Source: Acidobacteriota bacterium (GTDB lineage: Bacteria > Acidobacteriota > UBA890 > WLXD01). From it: 64,000 nucleotides of DNA. Made by a program: the position numbers and the translations under genes. The notes under the pieces are model-generated. The model was not told the origin of the DNA, made no database searches, and saw only the letters and a list, made by a program, of their open reading frames with translations. Below are positions 29,268 to 39,122 of the stretch, piece by piece. The first letter of the stretch is position 1; each line of letters opens with the position of its first letter. The stretch is taken from assembly GCA_963666215.2 (NCBI GenBank), contig CAXWPL010000001.1, positions 1-64,000 on the forward strand, given 5' to 3'.

Positions 29268-29296
29268 ACACTACGTCTTGCAGTTCAGACTGTCAA
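29268..29296 (-). promoter_or_regulatory. Candidate sigma70 promoter of HTH #2
   Basis: TTGACA-17 nt-TAGTGT on the minus strand. Confidence 0.55.
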
Positions 29297-29521
29297 GGGT
29301 GTTGGGTGCGCAACTCTGCGCGCTAGTGTGTCCAGATGTCCTCTCTTCCGGACCTCGTTCTCCGCGGCCAGAGCCCTCGCTACCGGGACGATCGCGCCCG
29401 TGTCGTTGGCTGGCCGGATTCGGGGTCGCAAGAAGGCCCGATCCGCAAGCGGATCGGGCCCGACTCTCCGTCGTGTGCTCCCGCGAGCGGCGGGGCCAGA
29501 GTCTAGAGCGCCGCGTATCGA

Positions 29522-30388
29522 CTAGAAATAGATGCGGTCCTCGCCGATGATCTCGGCGCCGTCGACCGTGCGGAAGACCACCCGTATCAAGCCCTCGTCG
29601 GCGTGCGGCTCCAGGTCGAACATCGAGTAGTGGATGGGTCCCAGAGACAGGGCGGGCGGCGCGTACTTCACAGTCTTGAATCCGATTTGCCGATGACGGA
29701 AGTCGCCCTTGTCGACGTTGAAGCGTCGCGAGAACAGCGTCGTGAACGGACGCTGCATCAGTGCCTGATTACGGCGGTCGTGCAGCCGCTCGCGCTCCAT
29801 GATGTAGAGATCGACGGTCCCGGAGGCGGTTACAGGCCTTCCGAGCCAGTTCTCCAGGACGAAGAAGACATCAAGAGTACGCATGCCGTCGACGTAGGCC
29901 GACAATGTGCGGAACTTGTAGGCTTCGTCGCTCCACCAGGCGGCCGGAACGCCACGGGCCTCGGCGATCTGATCGAGCTCGGCTGTGGTCACCGAACCGC
30001 TCTCGCCGAAGGTTGCGCTCGAGTTGCCCTGGAGTTGCCCCATCGCCGAGTCCTGGTGAACGAGGTTGCCGTTCGACGACAGGAAGTCGAGCTGTACGCG
30101 CACCGCGACGGGTCGTGAGTTGGGATTGGTTACGGCCACGTTCCAGGCGTAGGGAACAGTGCCGCCAGCCGGGTCGCCCCAGTCGATGTCTGGAGTGGCG
30201 ACGTGGATCGGTGGACCGGCGGCGATCGAAGCGCCGGCGCTGCCGGCCATTTGGACGGCGGAAGTCGCCGACGCGACCGGCAGAACGAAGGCCTCGGTCG
30301 GGAGTGAGCTAGCTGGTGCCGCGGACGCGACAACCAGACAGGCGAGGGTAACGACCCAACAGACGGAGAGTGCGCGGTGTTTGCTCAT
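29522..30388 (-). CDS. Exported hypothetical protein
   Basis: Signal peptide MSKHRALSVCWVVTLACLVVASAA followed by beta-rich sequence; no family recognised. Confidence 0.65.
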   Translation of the reverse strand: MSKHRALSVCWVVTLACLVVASAAPASSLPTEAFVLPVASATSAVQMAGSAGASIAAGPPIHVATPDIDWGDPAGGTVPYAWNVAVTNPNSRPVAVRVQLDFLSSNGNLVHQDSAMGQLQGNSSATFGESGSVTTAELDQIAEARGVPAAWWSDEAYKFRTLSAYVDGMRTLDVFFVLENWLGRPVTASGTVDLYIMERERLHDRRNQALMQRPFTTLFSRRFNVDKGDFRHRQIGFKTVKYAPPALSLGPIHYSMFDLEPHADEGLIRVVFRTVDGAEIIGEDRIYF

Positions 30389-30636
30389 GGGGCGATCGTA
30401 GTCACCGTCGATGGCTCGCGTCACCCTCGTTCAAACGCAGCGTCAAGAACCGGTGGCCATGTATGGCCGCGGTCCATCGAGTGCTGGTGTAGGCGTCCAC
30501 GGCGAGGTCAGGAGCGGCCCCATCATCGCGCTGGCGACGGTGGGTGTCGTTTGGGGTTCGGAGCTGCGCGCCGCGCCGCTAGAATCGATATCTGCTCGTC
30601 AAAGGCACCTCCCTCCGGACACTTCTTGGAGCCCGT

Positions 30637-32127
30637 ATGTCCGCTGCCAGCACTGCTAGCGGGGCGCCGATCGGCCCGAAACGCGGGCTCAGACGACGTC
30701 GCCCGCAGGTGCGCTTGGCTGTGGCGCTGCCGTTCGTTACCGGCCTCCTGGCGCTGGGCGTGGGTTTGTACGCCTTTCAAGTGGGCCGCGCCGAGTTGAT
30801 CGCACTGGTGCCGCCGCGCGAAGCCGCGCGGGCCGGATCCACGGCTGTGGCTTCGTGGTGGTGGCTCTTCAAGATGACCACGATCGGAGGCCTCATCGGG
30901 TTGGCGATCGCTGTCGCTTTCACTCGCCAGCTGCACACGCTCGCGCGGCGAACCGAGTTCCTGGCGCTGCGTAATTTCAGCTTTCCGGTGGAGCTCGAGA
31001 CCGATGGCGAAGTGGCGCCGCTGGTAAATGCGATCAACGGCCTGCTGCACTCCGTCCGTGAGTACGCTCGTCATTCGGTTTCCGACGGCGCGGTTTCTTT
31101 GAGTCGCGACGGCCGAGTTTTGGCGATCAACCCGAGGGCCGCCGTAGCGCGGGGCGTCGACGCCGGGGCGGTCATTGGCGAGCCCTTTGCCAGGCTGCTA
31201 CCTCCGGTGGCCGCCAACGAGGAGATTCGGCTCACGTTGACGCGCTCCCTCGAGAGCAGCGAGCCGTTCGATCTCGTCGGCATGACATGGGTGAACACTC
31301 GTGGCCAGAGCCTCGAGGTCGATCTGCAAGGGACGGTGTTGGCGGGCGACGAGTCGATCATCTCGCTGCTGCTGGTGTTCGACGCTGACCGGGACCTCGA
31401 GAACGTGCAGCGGCAGGTCTCTCGCGCCCACCGGCTGATGGTCATAGGCGGCTTCGCTGCCGAGTTGGCGCACGAGATCCGCAACCCGTTGAGCTCCGTC
31501 ACAGGCCTCGTGGAGCTGCTTCACGATCGCCTCCCGTCCGACGATCCCGGACACCGGCATCTCGAAGTTCTCGGTCGCGCGGCCGGCCGCATCGACCGGC
31601 TGGTTGGCCAGCTCCTCGACCTGACGCCAACCGAGATCCACGATCTGCGTTCCGCCGATCTGACCGGCCTCGTCGCCGACGTCTGCGAGCTGGTTGGCTA
31701 CGACGGCGAGTCGGTCGCGCTGGTCGAGAGCTACGTTGCCGAGCCTCTGCCGATACGGGTAGACCCCGATCGCCTGGCCCGGGCGATCGAGAACCTGGTG
31801 CGCAACGCGCGAGCGCATACACCGGTCGACGGCAGGGTGACGGTCTCAACCCGCTGCGTCGAGGCATCGGCCGTGGTTGAGGTGGCTAACACCGGGTCCT
31901 ACATCGCCCCCGAGGAACATGAGCGCATTTTCCAGCCCTTCGTCTCGGGCCGCGCCGGCGGTACCGGGTTGGGGCTGGCCATCGCCCAGCAGATCGTGTT
32001 CGCGCACGGGGGCGAGTTGTCGGTACGCAGTGAGCGCGATAGCGGCACTGTCTTCACGATTCGTTTACCCATGGAGAAGGTCGACAGCGGAGCACCCTCC
32101 GCGGGAGCACAGCGCCATGCCGCGTAG
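30637..32127 (+). CDS. Membrane sensor histidine kinase (HAMP-like, PAS, HisKA, HATPase)
   Basis: Two TMs; H-box LAHEIRNPL, N-box NLVRNA, IFQPF and GTGLGLAI. Confidence 0.92.
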   Translation: MSAASTASGAPIGPKRGLRRRRPQVRLAVALPFVTGLLALGVGLYAFQVGRAELIALVPPREAARAGSTAVASWWWLFKMTTIGGLIGLAIAVAFTRQLHTLARRTEFLALRNFSFPVELETDGEVAPLVNAINGLLHSVREYARHSVSDGAVSLSRDGRVLAINPRAAVARGVDAGAVIGEPFARLLPPVAANEEIRLTLTRSLESSEPFDLVGMTWVNTRGQSLEVDLQGTVLAGDESIISLLLVFDADRDLENVQRQVSRAHRLMVIGGFAAELAHEIRNPLSSVTGLVELLHDRLPSDDPGHRHLEVLGRAAGRIDRLVGQLLDLTPTEIHDLRSADLTGLVADVCELVGYDGESVALVESYVAEPLPIRVDPDRLARAIENLVRNARAHTPVDGRVTVSTRCVEASAVVEVANTGSYIAPEEHERIFQPFVSGRAGGTGLGLAIAQQIVFAHGGELSVRSERDSGTVFTIRLPMEKVDSGAPSAGAQRHAA

Positions 32128-33501
32128 CCGACTACTCATCGTCGACGACGATCCCGAAGTTCGTTACACGCTGCGCGAGGCCCTCGTGCCGCAGGGCTTC
32201 GACGTCGACGAGGCTGGCACCGCCTCCGAGGGTGTCGAGCGCGTTCGCGAGCAGGTGTATGACCTGGTTCTGCTCGACCAGCGGCTACCGGATGCCGAAG
32301 GTCTCAGCGTGGTCGGCGAGCTGCGGCTACTGCAGCCTCAGCTGCTCATCGTCATGATGACGGCACACGGCACTCGGAAGACGGCGATCCAGGCCGTGGA
32401 TCGGGGCGCCTATGACTTCTTTCACAAGCCCATCAAGCTGGATGAGTTGCGCGTGGTGATCACCCGAGCCCTCGAGCGCCGAGCTCTGGGGCGAGAGGTG
32501 GGTCGCCTGCGCGCGCGCGTTCCTCGGAGGACACCTTCGGCAGCATCATCGGCCGCTCGGCGGCGATGCGCGAGGTCTTCGCGACGCTCGAGAAGGTGGT
32601 GAGCACCAACACCACCGTGCTTGTGCTAGGCGAGAGCGGCACAGGCAAAGAGCTCGTCGCTCAGGCGGTCCACGAGCGGAGCGGCCGTGCGCAAGAGCCG
32701 TTCGTCAAGCTCAACTGCGTCGCGATTCCACAAACCCTGTTGGAGAGCGAGTTATTCGGTCACGAGAAGGGGGCTTTCACGGGCGCTCATCAGCGCAGGA
32801 TCGGCAAGTTCGAGCTCGCCGACCGCGGATCCATCCTGCTCGACGAGATCGGCGACATGAGTCTGGAGACGCAGGCCAAGATCTTGCGCGTGCTCCAGGA
32901 GCGCGAGTTCGAACGGGTTGGGGGCGTCGAGACCGTGGCGGTGGATGTGAGGGTGATCGCGGCGACGAACCGCGACCTCGTGCGTGAAGTCGAGCGCGGA
33001 CGTTTCCGTGAAGACCTCTACTTCCGACTGAACGTAGTGACCGTTACGCTGCCCGCGCTGCGTCAGCGGCCCGAGGACATTCCGTTGCTGGCGCACCACT
33101 TCATGGCGGAGGCGGCGGAGTCGCAGGGCAAGCCTGTGGCGAAGATCTCGCCGGGCGCGATGGCGGCGCTCGCTGCCTACGACTGGCCCGGAAACGTGCG
33201 GCAACTGCGCCACGCTCTCGAACGCGCCGTCATCTGGGCGGAGGCGGATGAGATCCGCCGTAGCGATCTGCCTGGTGAGGTGGTGGCGGGCTCCCTGGTC
33301 ACGCCGCGCAGCCTGGCGGCGCGCGATTCGGGCGATCTCCCGGCCCTGATGGTGCAAATCGAGCTCGATCTCGTCACCGACGCGCTCCGCCAGGCGGGCG
33401 GCGTGCAGGCAACCGCCGCACGACGCCTCGGCATCAGCGAACGTTCGATGTGGCACAAGGTCAAGAAGCACAACATCGACGTCGAGCGCCTCAAGGCGTA
33501 A
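32117..33501 (+). CDS. Sigma54-dependent NtrC/PilR-type response regulator, frameshifted at a (GC)n run (32509-32519)
   Basis: REC domain (LIVDDD, LLDQRLP, MTAHG, KP) in one frame; AAA+ domain ([40 protein letters not shown]) and Fis-type HTH in another. Confidence 0.9.
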
Positions 33502-33633
33502 GCCGCATCACCTCAGGTGACCAACGCTTGGCCGCGCTCGACCATGGCGGTTGCCCGGACCTCTCGCGCTGTGCGGCGCGCCGGCCGCGAGGGTCATCCG
33601 CGGCCACTCTTCCCACGGGTTGTGTTGCCATCA

Positions 33634-33648
33634 CTACAAAATTTGTAG
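33634..33648. promoter_or_regulatory. Palindrome, candidate upstream activator sequence for the bEBP
   Basis: CTACAAA-A-TTTGTAG perfect inverted repeat about 240 bp upstream of a sigma54 promoter. Confidence 0.55.
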
Positions 33649-33669
33649 ATCGACGTTCAAGTGCTTTGT

Positions 33670-33682
33670 TATCAACGATTTA
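33670..33682 (+). promoter_or_regulatory. IHF consensus site
   Basis: TATCAA-CGAT-TTA matches WATCAA-N4-TTR and lies between the palindrome and the promoter. Confidence 0.6.
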
Positions 33683-33876
33683 ATCGGACTCATGGTTGCC
33701 ATTTCGAGGATGAGGCTGCACGGAACAGGGGACGGCGTCGCTGTGTCGGGATGTCCCGACTTGACCCGAGGGGGAGGTGAATGACTTTTCTCGATCTTTG
33801 TAAGTCATTCTGATCCAATCACTTACAGCCGATCTTGGTGTCGCCCAGACCTCGATCGAGCCGATCTGGCTGCGTC

Positions 33877-33892
33877 TGGCACGAGCGTTGCT
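33877..33892 (+). promoter_or_regulatory. Sigma54 (-24/-12) promoter
   Basis: TGGCACG-AGCG-TTGCT, an exact consensus match with GG-N10-GC spacing, directly downstream of a bEBP gene. Confidence 0.85.
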
Positions 33893-33989
33893 CTTCTCTT
33901 CGGCCGTGACGGGCTTGCGTTCGTCACGCTGCCGTACCCACGGCGACCCGCCTCCCGCGGCAAGACAGAGAAGAAGGGGAGCAATCACC

Positions 33990-34208
33990 GTGCAGAAGCT
34001 CTATACCACCGAGACGCTCGCTGAGCTGTTGCAGGTCTCGCCTCGCACCATTCGGCGCGAGCGCAAAGAAGGCCGGCTACCGTTCGTGCGCGTTCGAGGA
34101 CAGATCCGTTATCGCGAGAGCGATGTACGTGCCTATCTCGAGCGCAACGCCAGTATGTCGATGGACGAAGACGTCCTTGGTTCAGCGCTGAGTTGGCGCG
34201 AGGGTTGA
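33990..34208 (+). CDS. Excisionase/BldC-like HTH protein #3
   Basis: AGGGGAG RBS and GTG start; LYTTETLAELLQVSPRTIRRERKEGRLPFVRVRGQIRYRESDV. Confidence 0.88.
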   Translation: MQKLYTTETLAELLQVSPRTIRRERKEGRLPFVRVRGQIRYRESDVRAYLERNASMSMDEDVLGSALSWREG

Positions 34209-34323
34209 TCTCGAACGGCACGGCTCGCGCCGTATCGATCGCGACCTCTCCAGGGACGGACCGGTCGCAGCAACTCGAGCTCAGTCACGAGCGCACCGCG
34301 AAGCAGCAATAGGGAGGCACACC

Positions 34324-34542
34324 ATGACGGGTCTTTACACCACAGAAAGTCTTGCCGACTACCTGCAGGTATCGCCGCACACGGTTCGGCGTGAGCGCGA
34401 GGCGGGACGGTTGCCCTTCATCCGTATCCGCGACCTCGTGAGGTATCGCCCCGAGGATGTCGAGGCGTACCTGTCACGTCAGTCACACGATCGCTACGTT
34501 GCACCGCTGAACGGTCACGGCAGGATCGCGGCTTTCGGCTAG
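34324..34542 (+). CDS. Excisionase/BldC-like HTH protein #4
   Basis: GGGAGG RBS; LYTTESLADYLQVSPHTVRREREAGRLPFIRIRDLVRYRPEDV. Confidence 0.88.
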   Translation: MTGLYTTESLADYLQVSPHTVRREREAGRLPFIRIRDLVRYRPEDVEAYLSRQSHDRYVAPLNGHGRIAAFG

Positions 34543-34608
34543 AGCAGCTTCGTACGCAACCCGGGATCCTGCTGCCACCGCATGTGGCGAGCGCTCCTGG
34601 TCGAGTCT

Positions 34609-35235
34609 ATGGAGACCCAATTGAGCCAGGCCAAAGGCTTCACTTTGATGGAGGTGGCCGTCATGCTCGCGGTGTTATCCGTTCTCGCCGGCCTTACGGT
34701 CGGAATGGTCGGCAACGTTGTCGAGGATGGGCAGGTGATTCGCGCCCGCGAAGAAGTCGGGCAGATCGGCCGCGCGGTGACCAGTTTCTATGCCGATACT
34801 GGTCAGTTCCCGCAAACTCTCGACGGCAGCCAGTCGACTTTGTCTGCGCAGCTGATCGGCTTGCTGGCCAGTAGCGCGGCGATGCCCGACGTTACCGACG
34901 GCACAGCGTTGTGGGTCCAAGCTCGCGCCGATCGGATGGACGCGCATCTTGCAGCCAACTACCGCGGCTACACGCCGCGCAGCGAGCTGCTGTCGCACGG
35001 CTGGAACGGGCCCTACTTGGCTCCCGAGCTCGGCGACGATCCCTGGGGGCGGGCCTATCTGATCAACGTGTTCTACCGCGACGCTCGCGATGCTCTCGTC
35101 GAGGCCGACGGTACGCCGCTCGGAGCGGTGTACGCGATCTCGGCCGGACCGAACGGAGTCATTGAGACGCCTTATTACCAGCGCCGCGACAGCGCCACTA
35201 TCTTCGGTGACGACATCGGATTCCGACTCCAATGA
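34609..35235 (+). CDS. Prepilin-type (GspG-like) protein 1
   Basis: Class III signal KG|FTLME; WNGPYL..DPWG..SAGPNG..GDD. Confidence 0.88.
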   Translation: METQLSQAKGFTLMEVAVMLAVLSVLAGLTVGMVGNVVEDGQVIRAREEVGQIGRAVTSFYADTGQFPQTLDGSQSTLSAQLIGLLASSAAMPDVTDGTALWVQARADRMDAHLAANYRGYTPRSELLSHGWNGPYLAPELGDDPWGRAYLINVFYRDARDALVEADGTPLGAVYAISAGPNGVIETPYYQRRDSATIFGDDIGFRLQ

Positions 35236-36002
35236 GGACAACAACCAAGAACCCAATCGCCGGCTTTACGCTTGTTGAGGTCGCCATCATCCTGCTCGTG
35301 ATCGCCATTCTGTCGGCGATCGTGACTCCGGTGCTCAGCAGCACCATCGCCGACGCCAGACTTTCGGCGGCGAAATCGGAGATGAGCACGATCGTGCGAG
35401 CCTTCCGCGAGCTGCTTGCGGACCTCGGCTGCCCGTTCGTGCCACGGCGCTCCACCACCGGCAACGTTTACCGCGACCGCGCCAAGGGTGTTGCCGCTGA
35501 CATTCCACCCGTTGCGCCCCCTATGGGTGGGGACTTCGATCTGCGGCCCACCGCGCCGTTGGGGTGCGAGGCTAGCGCGGTGTGTGGTGGCGAGCCGGTC
35601 GCGATTCTCGTGACCTCAGGCGACATTCCCTCGGTAGGGCCAGAGGGCGACTGGAGTTGGGCCGATCCCGTCGATCGGGATGAGGTCGATTTTCTCGAGT
35701 ACTACCTGGTGAGCAACACGCCGGGGGGTAAGGAAGAGCTCGCGTTTCCGACCGCGGCGGAGTGTGGCTCGCGTGAGTTCGGAGGCGCCCACAACTGGCG
35801 CGGCGCGTACACGACACCGGGCACGGGCGATCCTTGGGGGAACCGATACATGATCAATTCGCTCTTTCTGCCGGGCTTCGGTACCGACGACGTGGTGATC
35901 CTGTCGGCCGGGCCCGATCAGGAGATCGACACCGAGTTCGCCGAGGACGGTCTTGTTGCCGGCGGCGACGACCTGGTGCTGTTGATCGCGCCGGGACGCT
36001 AG
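35232..36002 (+). CDS. Prepilin-type (GspG-like) protein 2
   Basis: AG|FTLVE; WRGAY..DPWGNRY..SAGPDQ..GGDD; four Cys. Confidence 0.88.
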   Translation: MRTTTKNPIAGFTLVEVAIILLVIAILSAIVTPVLSSTIADARLSAAKSEMSTIVRAFRELLADLGCPFVPRRSTTGNVYRDRAKGVAADIPPVAPPMGGDFDLRPTAPLGCEASAVCGGEPVAILVTSGDIPSVGPEGDWSWADPVDRDEVDFLEYYLVSNTPGGKEELAFPTAAECGSREFGGAHNWRGAYTTPGTGDPWGNRYMINSLFLPGFGTDDVVILSAGPDQEIDTEFAEDGLVAGGDDLVLLIAPGR

Positions 36003-36084
36003 AAGGCGACAGCTGTAGGAATTCTTCGCAAGAAGCGCCACGAGGGTGGCGCAGAGAGACAGGGATCCTGGGGAGGCAAAACGA

Positions 36085-36924
36085 ATGCGACATCAACAAC
36101 AACAACTACGCGGTACACGGCAGCAGGGCTTCACGCTCGTCGAAGTCACGATCATCGTGACGACGCTGGCGATTCTCTCGGCCATCATGCTGCCCCAGAT
36201 GGGCGTCTACCTGCGCGAAGCGCGGTTCGCACGAGTGCGCGAGGACGTTGGCGCGATCGGCGTCGCCATCATGCAGCTTCTCAAGGACACTGGAGAGAGC
36301 GCGCTGTACAAGGAGCCCCAGGGCAACTGGCGCTCGCCTCAGCGAATCGGCTCCAACGATGGCGGCGAGCCCATCGGGCTGCTCGTAGGCGACGGTGACA
36401 CACCCGACGGCAACGACTACAGCTGGCGCGCGTCCTTGGACGACCATGTGCCGGCCGCATCGACCGACTTCGGCAACGTATGGATTCCCAGCGGCTTGGT
36501 CGACACGTTCGCCAATCACTTGATCCACAACAACCCCGGAGGAGGCGACAACTGGAATGGCGTAGGGTCGCCTTGGGCGCGCTATCGCACGCCAGCCGAG
36601 ATGACTTCCGGCGATCACAGCTCGGGCCAACCCAACGGGCTGCAGTTCGACCCGTCCGCTGGCGAGGGGTTCAACTCGGACTTCGCCTGGCGCGGTCCCT
36701 ACCTCGACGCGGTTCGCCCCGATCCTTGGGGGAATCGCTATTCCGCCAACGTGCTCTGGTTCACGATTCCCCAGGGCGGCAACTCCTCGGGTTTCAACCG
36801 CCCGATCGTGGTCATCTCGGCCGGGCCCGACGAGGAGATCGACACCGACTTCTCTTCATCCGGCGGCTTCGTGGTCGGCGACGACGATATTGCGTACCCA
36901 GTGGCCTTCGGCTCATTGCGCTAG
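36085..36924 (+). CDS. Prepilin-type (GspG-like) protein 3
   Basis: GGAGG RBS; QG|FTLVE; WRGPYL..DPWGNRY..SAGPDE..GDDD. Confidence 0.9.
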   Translation: MRHQQQQLRGTRQQGFTLVEVTIIVTTLAILSAIMLPQMGVYLREARFARVREDVGAIGVAIMQLLKDTGESALYKEPQGNWRSPQRIGSNDGGEPIGLLVGDGDTPDGNDYSWRASLDDHVPAASTDFGNVWIPSGLVDTFANHLIHNNPGGGDNWNGVGSPWARYRTPAEMTSGDHSSGQPNGLQFDPSAGEGFNSDFAWRGPYLDAVRPDPWGNRYSANVLWFTIPQGGNSSGFNRPIVVISAGPDEEIDTDFSSSGGFVVGDDDIAYPVAFGSLR

Positions 36925-36972
36925 CCCAGCGATCCTCCCCTGCCAAGCGATCGTGATGCCGAGAGACGGACG

Positions 36973-37803
36973 ATGATGAGATCGAGATCAGTAGACCGCC
37001 AACATAGCCTGCAAGGCGCGAGCGCCGCAGCTGCCGCCGGTGCCGTCGACCGGGAGCGTGGCTTCACGCTGGTCGAGGTGACGATCATCCTGACAGTGCT
37101 GACGGTGCTCGGTCTGACGCTTCTTCCCGGCATCGGTAACTACCTGCGCGAAGCCCGACTGGCTCGTGCCCGCGGTGATCTCAAGGCGATCTCGAGCGCT
37201 GTGCATGTTTTTCTGGCCGACACCGGCGAGCAGGCGTTCCGCTGCCGCGGCAACGGCAGCCGCGATTCCACCGGCTGGGGCTCGCACAACCCCTCGAGCC
37301 CAGATCCCGACCAGTTGGTGTGGACGCTGGTGAGCGATGGAGACCTGCCCGACGAGCCCAAGAGCGGCAGCGTTGACGGTGCCTGGCGCTGGCGCCGCAC
37401 GGTCGATGGTCATCAGGTCGACACGATTTCCAACCACCTCGTTCAGAACACACCAGGCAACGATCCCGGGACCCATTACCGCACCGCCAAGCATCTCGAC
37501 AACGCGCCGCCCGAGCAGTTCGCGTTCCAGCAAATGTCGGGCTTCAACGCGCGCTTCGCGTGGCGCGGACCCTACCTGTCGGGCCCAGTACGCTCCGACC
37601 CCTGGGGCAATCGTTATGCGATCAACGTGCGATTCCTCGACCCAGTCGCCGACAGCGTTGGCGGGCCAGAGAGCGGCTACACGGAGGATGTCTTCGTGCT
37701 CTCGGCAGGCCCAGACGAGGAAATTGATACTCTTTATGCTGCCGATGGCGTCGTACCTGGTGACGACGATCTGATTATGGTGATCTCTGGGGACAGCCGA
37801 TGA
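36973..37803 (+). CDS. Prepilin-type (GspG-like) protein 4
   Basis: RG|FTLVE; WRGPYL..DPWGNRY..SAGPDE..GDDD. Confidence 0.88.
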   Translation: MMRSRSVDRQHSLQGASAAAAAGAVDRERGFTLVEVTIILTVLTVLGLTLLPGIGNYLREARLARARGDLKAISSAVHVFLADTGEQAFRCRGNGSRDSTGWGSHNPSSPDPDQLVWTLVSDGDLPDEPKSGSVDGAWRWRRTVDGHQVDTISNHLVQNTPGNDPGTHYRTAKHLDNAPPEQFAFQQMSGFNARFAWRGPYLSGPVRSDPWGNRYAINVRFLDPVADSVGGPESGYTEDVFVLSAGPDEEIDTLYAADGVVPGDDDLIMVISGDSR

Positions 37804-38516
37804 CTGAAGTCGAGGGTTCGGGTAGCCGGTGCCGCCGGTGTTGGCCGGCGCCATCGGGCTCGCACCGGAAGGCTCGCGGCGAAGCCGGCTTCACGCTGCT
37901 CGAGATCACGATCATTCTGGCCGTAGTCGCCATTCTCGGGCTCATCATGGCGCCCGCCGTGCTGAATTTGATGAATTCGTCGCGGGTTGCCCGCGCGCAA
38001 ACCGACGTGCAAGCGATCGCCGATTCGGTTCGCGACTTTTACGTCGACAACGGGTTCTTCCCTCAGTACGCCGATGCCGCTCGCACCCGCCCGATTCGTT
38101 TGCTGGTTACGGCGGGAGCCGCTCCCGAATCCGCCTCGGCGACGATCGACGGCTGGCAGCTGACTGATCCTTCGCAGATCGATCGTGTTGGCAACCAGCT
38201 GGCCAACAACCGCCCTTCGTTCGGTGCCATCGGCTATCCGCTCAAGCGAGCCAATGGTGAATCGGGCTGGAACGGCCCGTATTTGCATGGCGAGATTGGC
38301 CCCGATCCGTGGGGCAACCGATACGTGATCAATGTCGAGTTCCTATCGGTGAATCTCGGCGGCTACGAGGTCAACGGTGTGCAGCCCAAGCGCGCCGTGT
38401 GGGTGTTGTCGGCCGGGCCCGACGGTGTGATCGACACGATCTATCCGACAGTGTCTGAACAGTCGATCGGGTTGGCCGCGGCGAGCCCATTGGACATCAC
38501 CGCTCGCATTCAGTAG
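37800..38516 (+). CDS. Prepilin-type (GspG-like) protein 5
   Basis: AG|FTLLE; WNGPYL..DPWGNRY..SAGPDG. Confidence 0.88.
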   Translation: MTEVEGSGSRCRRCWPAPSGSHRKARGEAGFTLLEITIILAVVAILGLIMAPAVLNLMNSSRVARAQTDVQAIADSVRDFYVDNGFFPQYADAARTRPIRLLVTAGAAPESASATIDGWQLTDPSQIDRVGNQLANNRPSFGAIGYPLKRANGESGWNGPYLHGEIGPDPWGNRYVINVEFLSVNLGGYEVNGVQPKRAVWVLSAGPDGVIDTIYPTVSEQSIGLAAASPLDITARIQ

Positions 38517-38903
38517 CTCAGCTCGCACCGCTCGCTGATCTCCCAGCGAGCGCGGCTGACGAGCTCCTCGTCCTCGACTTCTCGAGGAAGAGATCCACGA
38601 CGACTAACGGAAGACCCATGTGCGCCGAGCGGGCCGGGGTCGTCGGTCGTCCGGTCATTTGCTCTCGACCGCAGGGGCCGCGTACGCACCATAGGAGTGT
38701 GACCCCGCGAAATCAGGCCCGCCGTTGTCGGTTGCTGTCGATCGTCCAGCGCCCAGGCAACGGCCCGGGTGTCAGCGGTGGCCACAGCGGATAGGAGGAA
38801 TTGCGGTTACTCAGGACGCCCGGTAGGGTACCCGGATGGTTGACGTCGAGCCTTGCAGGTAGGGCTTGGCCCGGTTGAGATACGATTGAGCAGGCGGCGT
38901 TCG

Positions 38904-39122
38904 ATGGCGAAAGACACGCTTTTTACGACCTATAGCTTGGCCCAGTACCTACAGGTCAGCACACGGACCGTGCAGCGAGAGGTCGAGCGCGGTCGCATGC
39001 CGTTCGTCCTCGTGAGCGGTCGCCGTAGATACCGTAAGGCCGACGTCGAGGCCTATCTGCAGAGCCGGCTGCAACGGTCGCGCTTCCGTCTTATCCAGGG
39101 CGGCAGAAGTAACTTCGGCTAG
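38904..39122 (+). CDS. Excisionase/BldC-like HTH protein #5
   Basis: LFTTYSLAQYLQVSTRTVQREVERGRMPFVLVSGRRRYRKADV; C-terminal FRLIQGG. Confidence 0.87.
   Translation: MAKDTLFTTYSLAQYLQVSTRTVQREVERGRMPFVLVSGRRRYRKADVEAYLQSRLQRSRFRLIQGGRSNFG

Noticed and set aside
34216-34232. Second sigma54-like site CGGCACG-GCTC-GCGC before HTH #4
   Set aside because: It lacks the TT of the -12 element, and such weak matches are expected in GC-rich DNA.
36085-36924. Conductive e-pilin because of frequent aromatic residues
   Set aside because: Aromatic content is only about 10% by my count and lies in a large globular domain; it is not a short Geobacter-type pilin.
34609-38516. Recurring DNA blocks as a CRISPR array or DGR template/variable repeats
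   Set aside because: The repeats are in-frame coding motifs of paralogues with third-position variation; there is no reverse transcriptase, cas gene or adenine-specific mismatch pattern.
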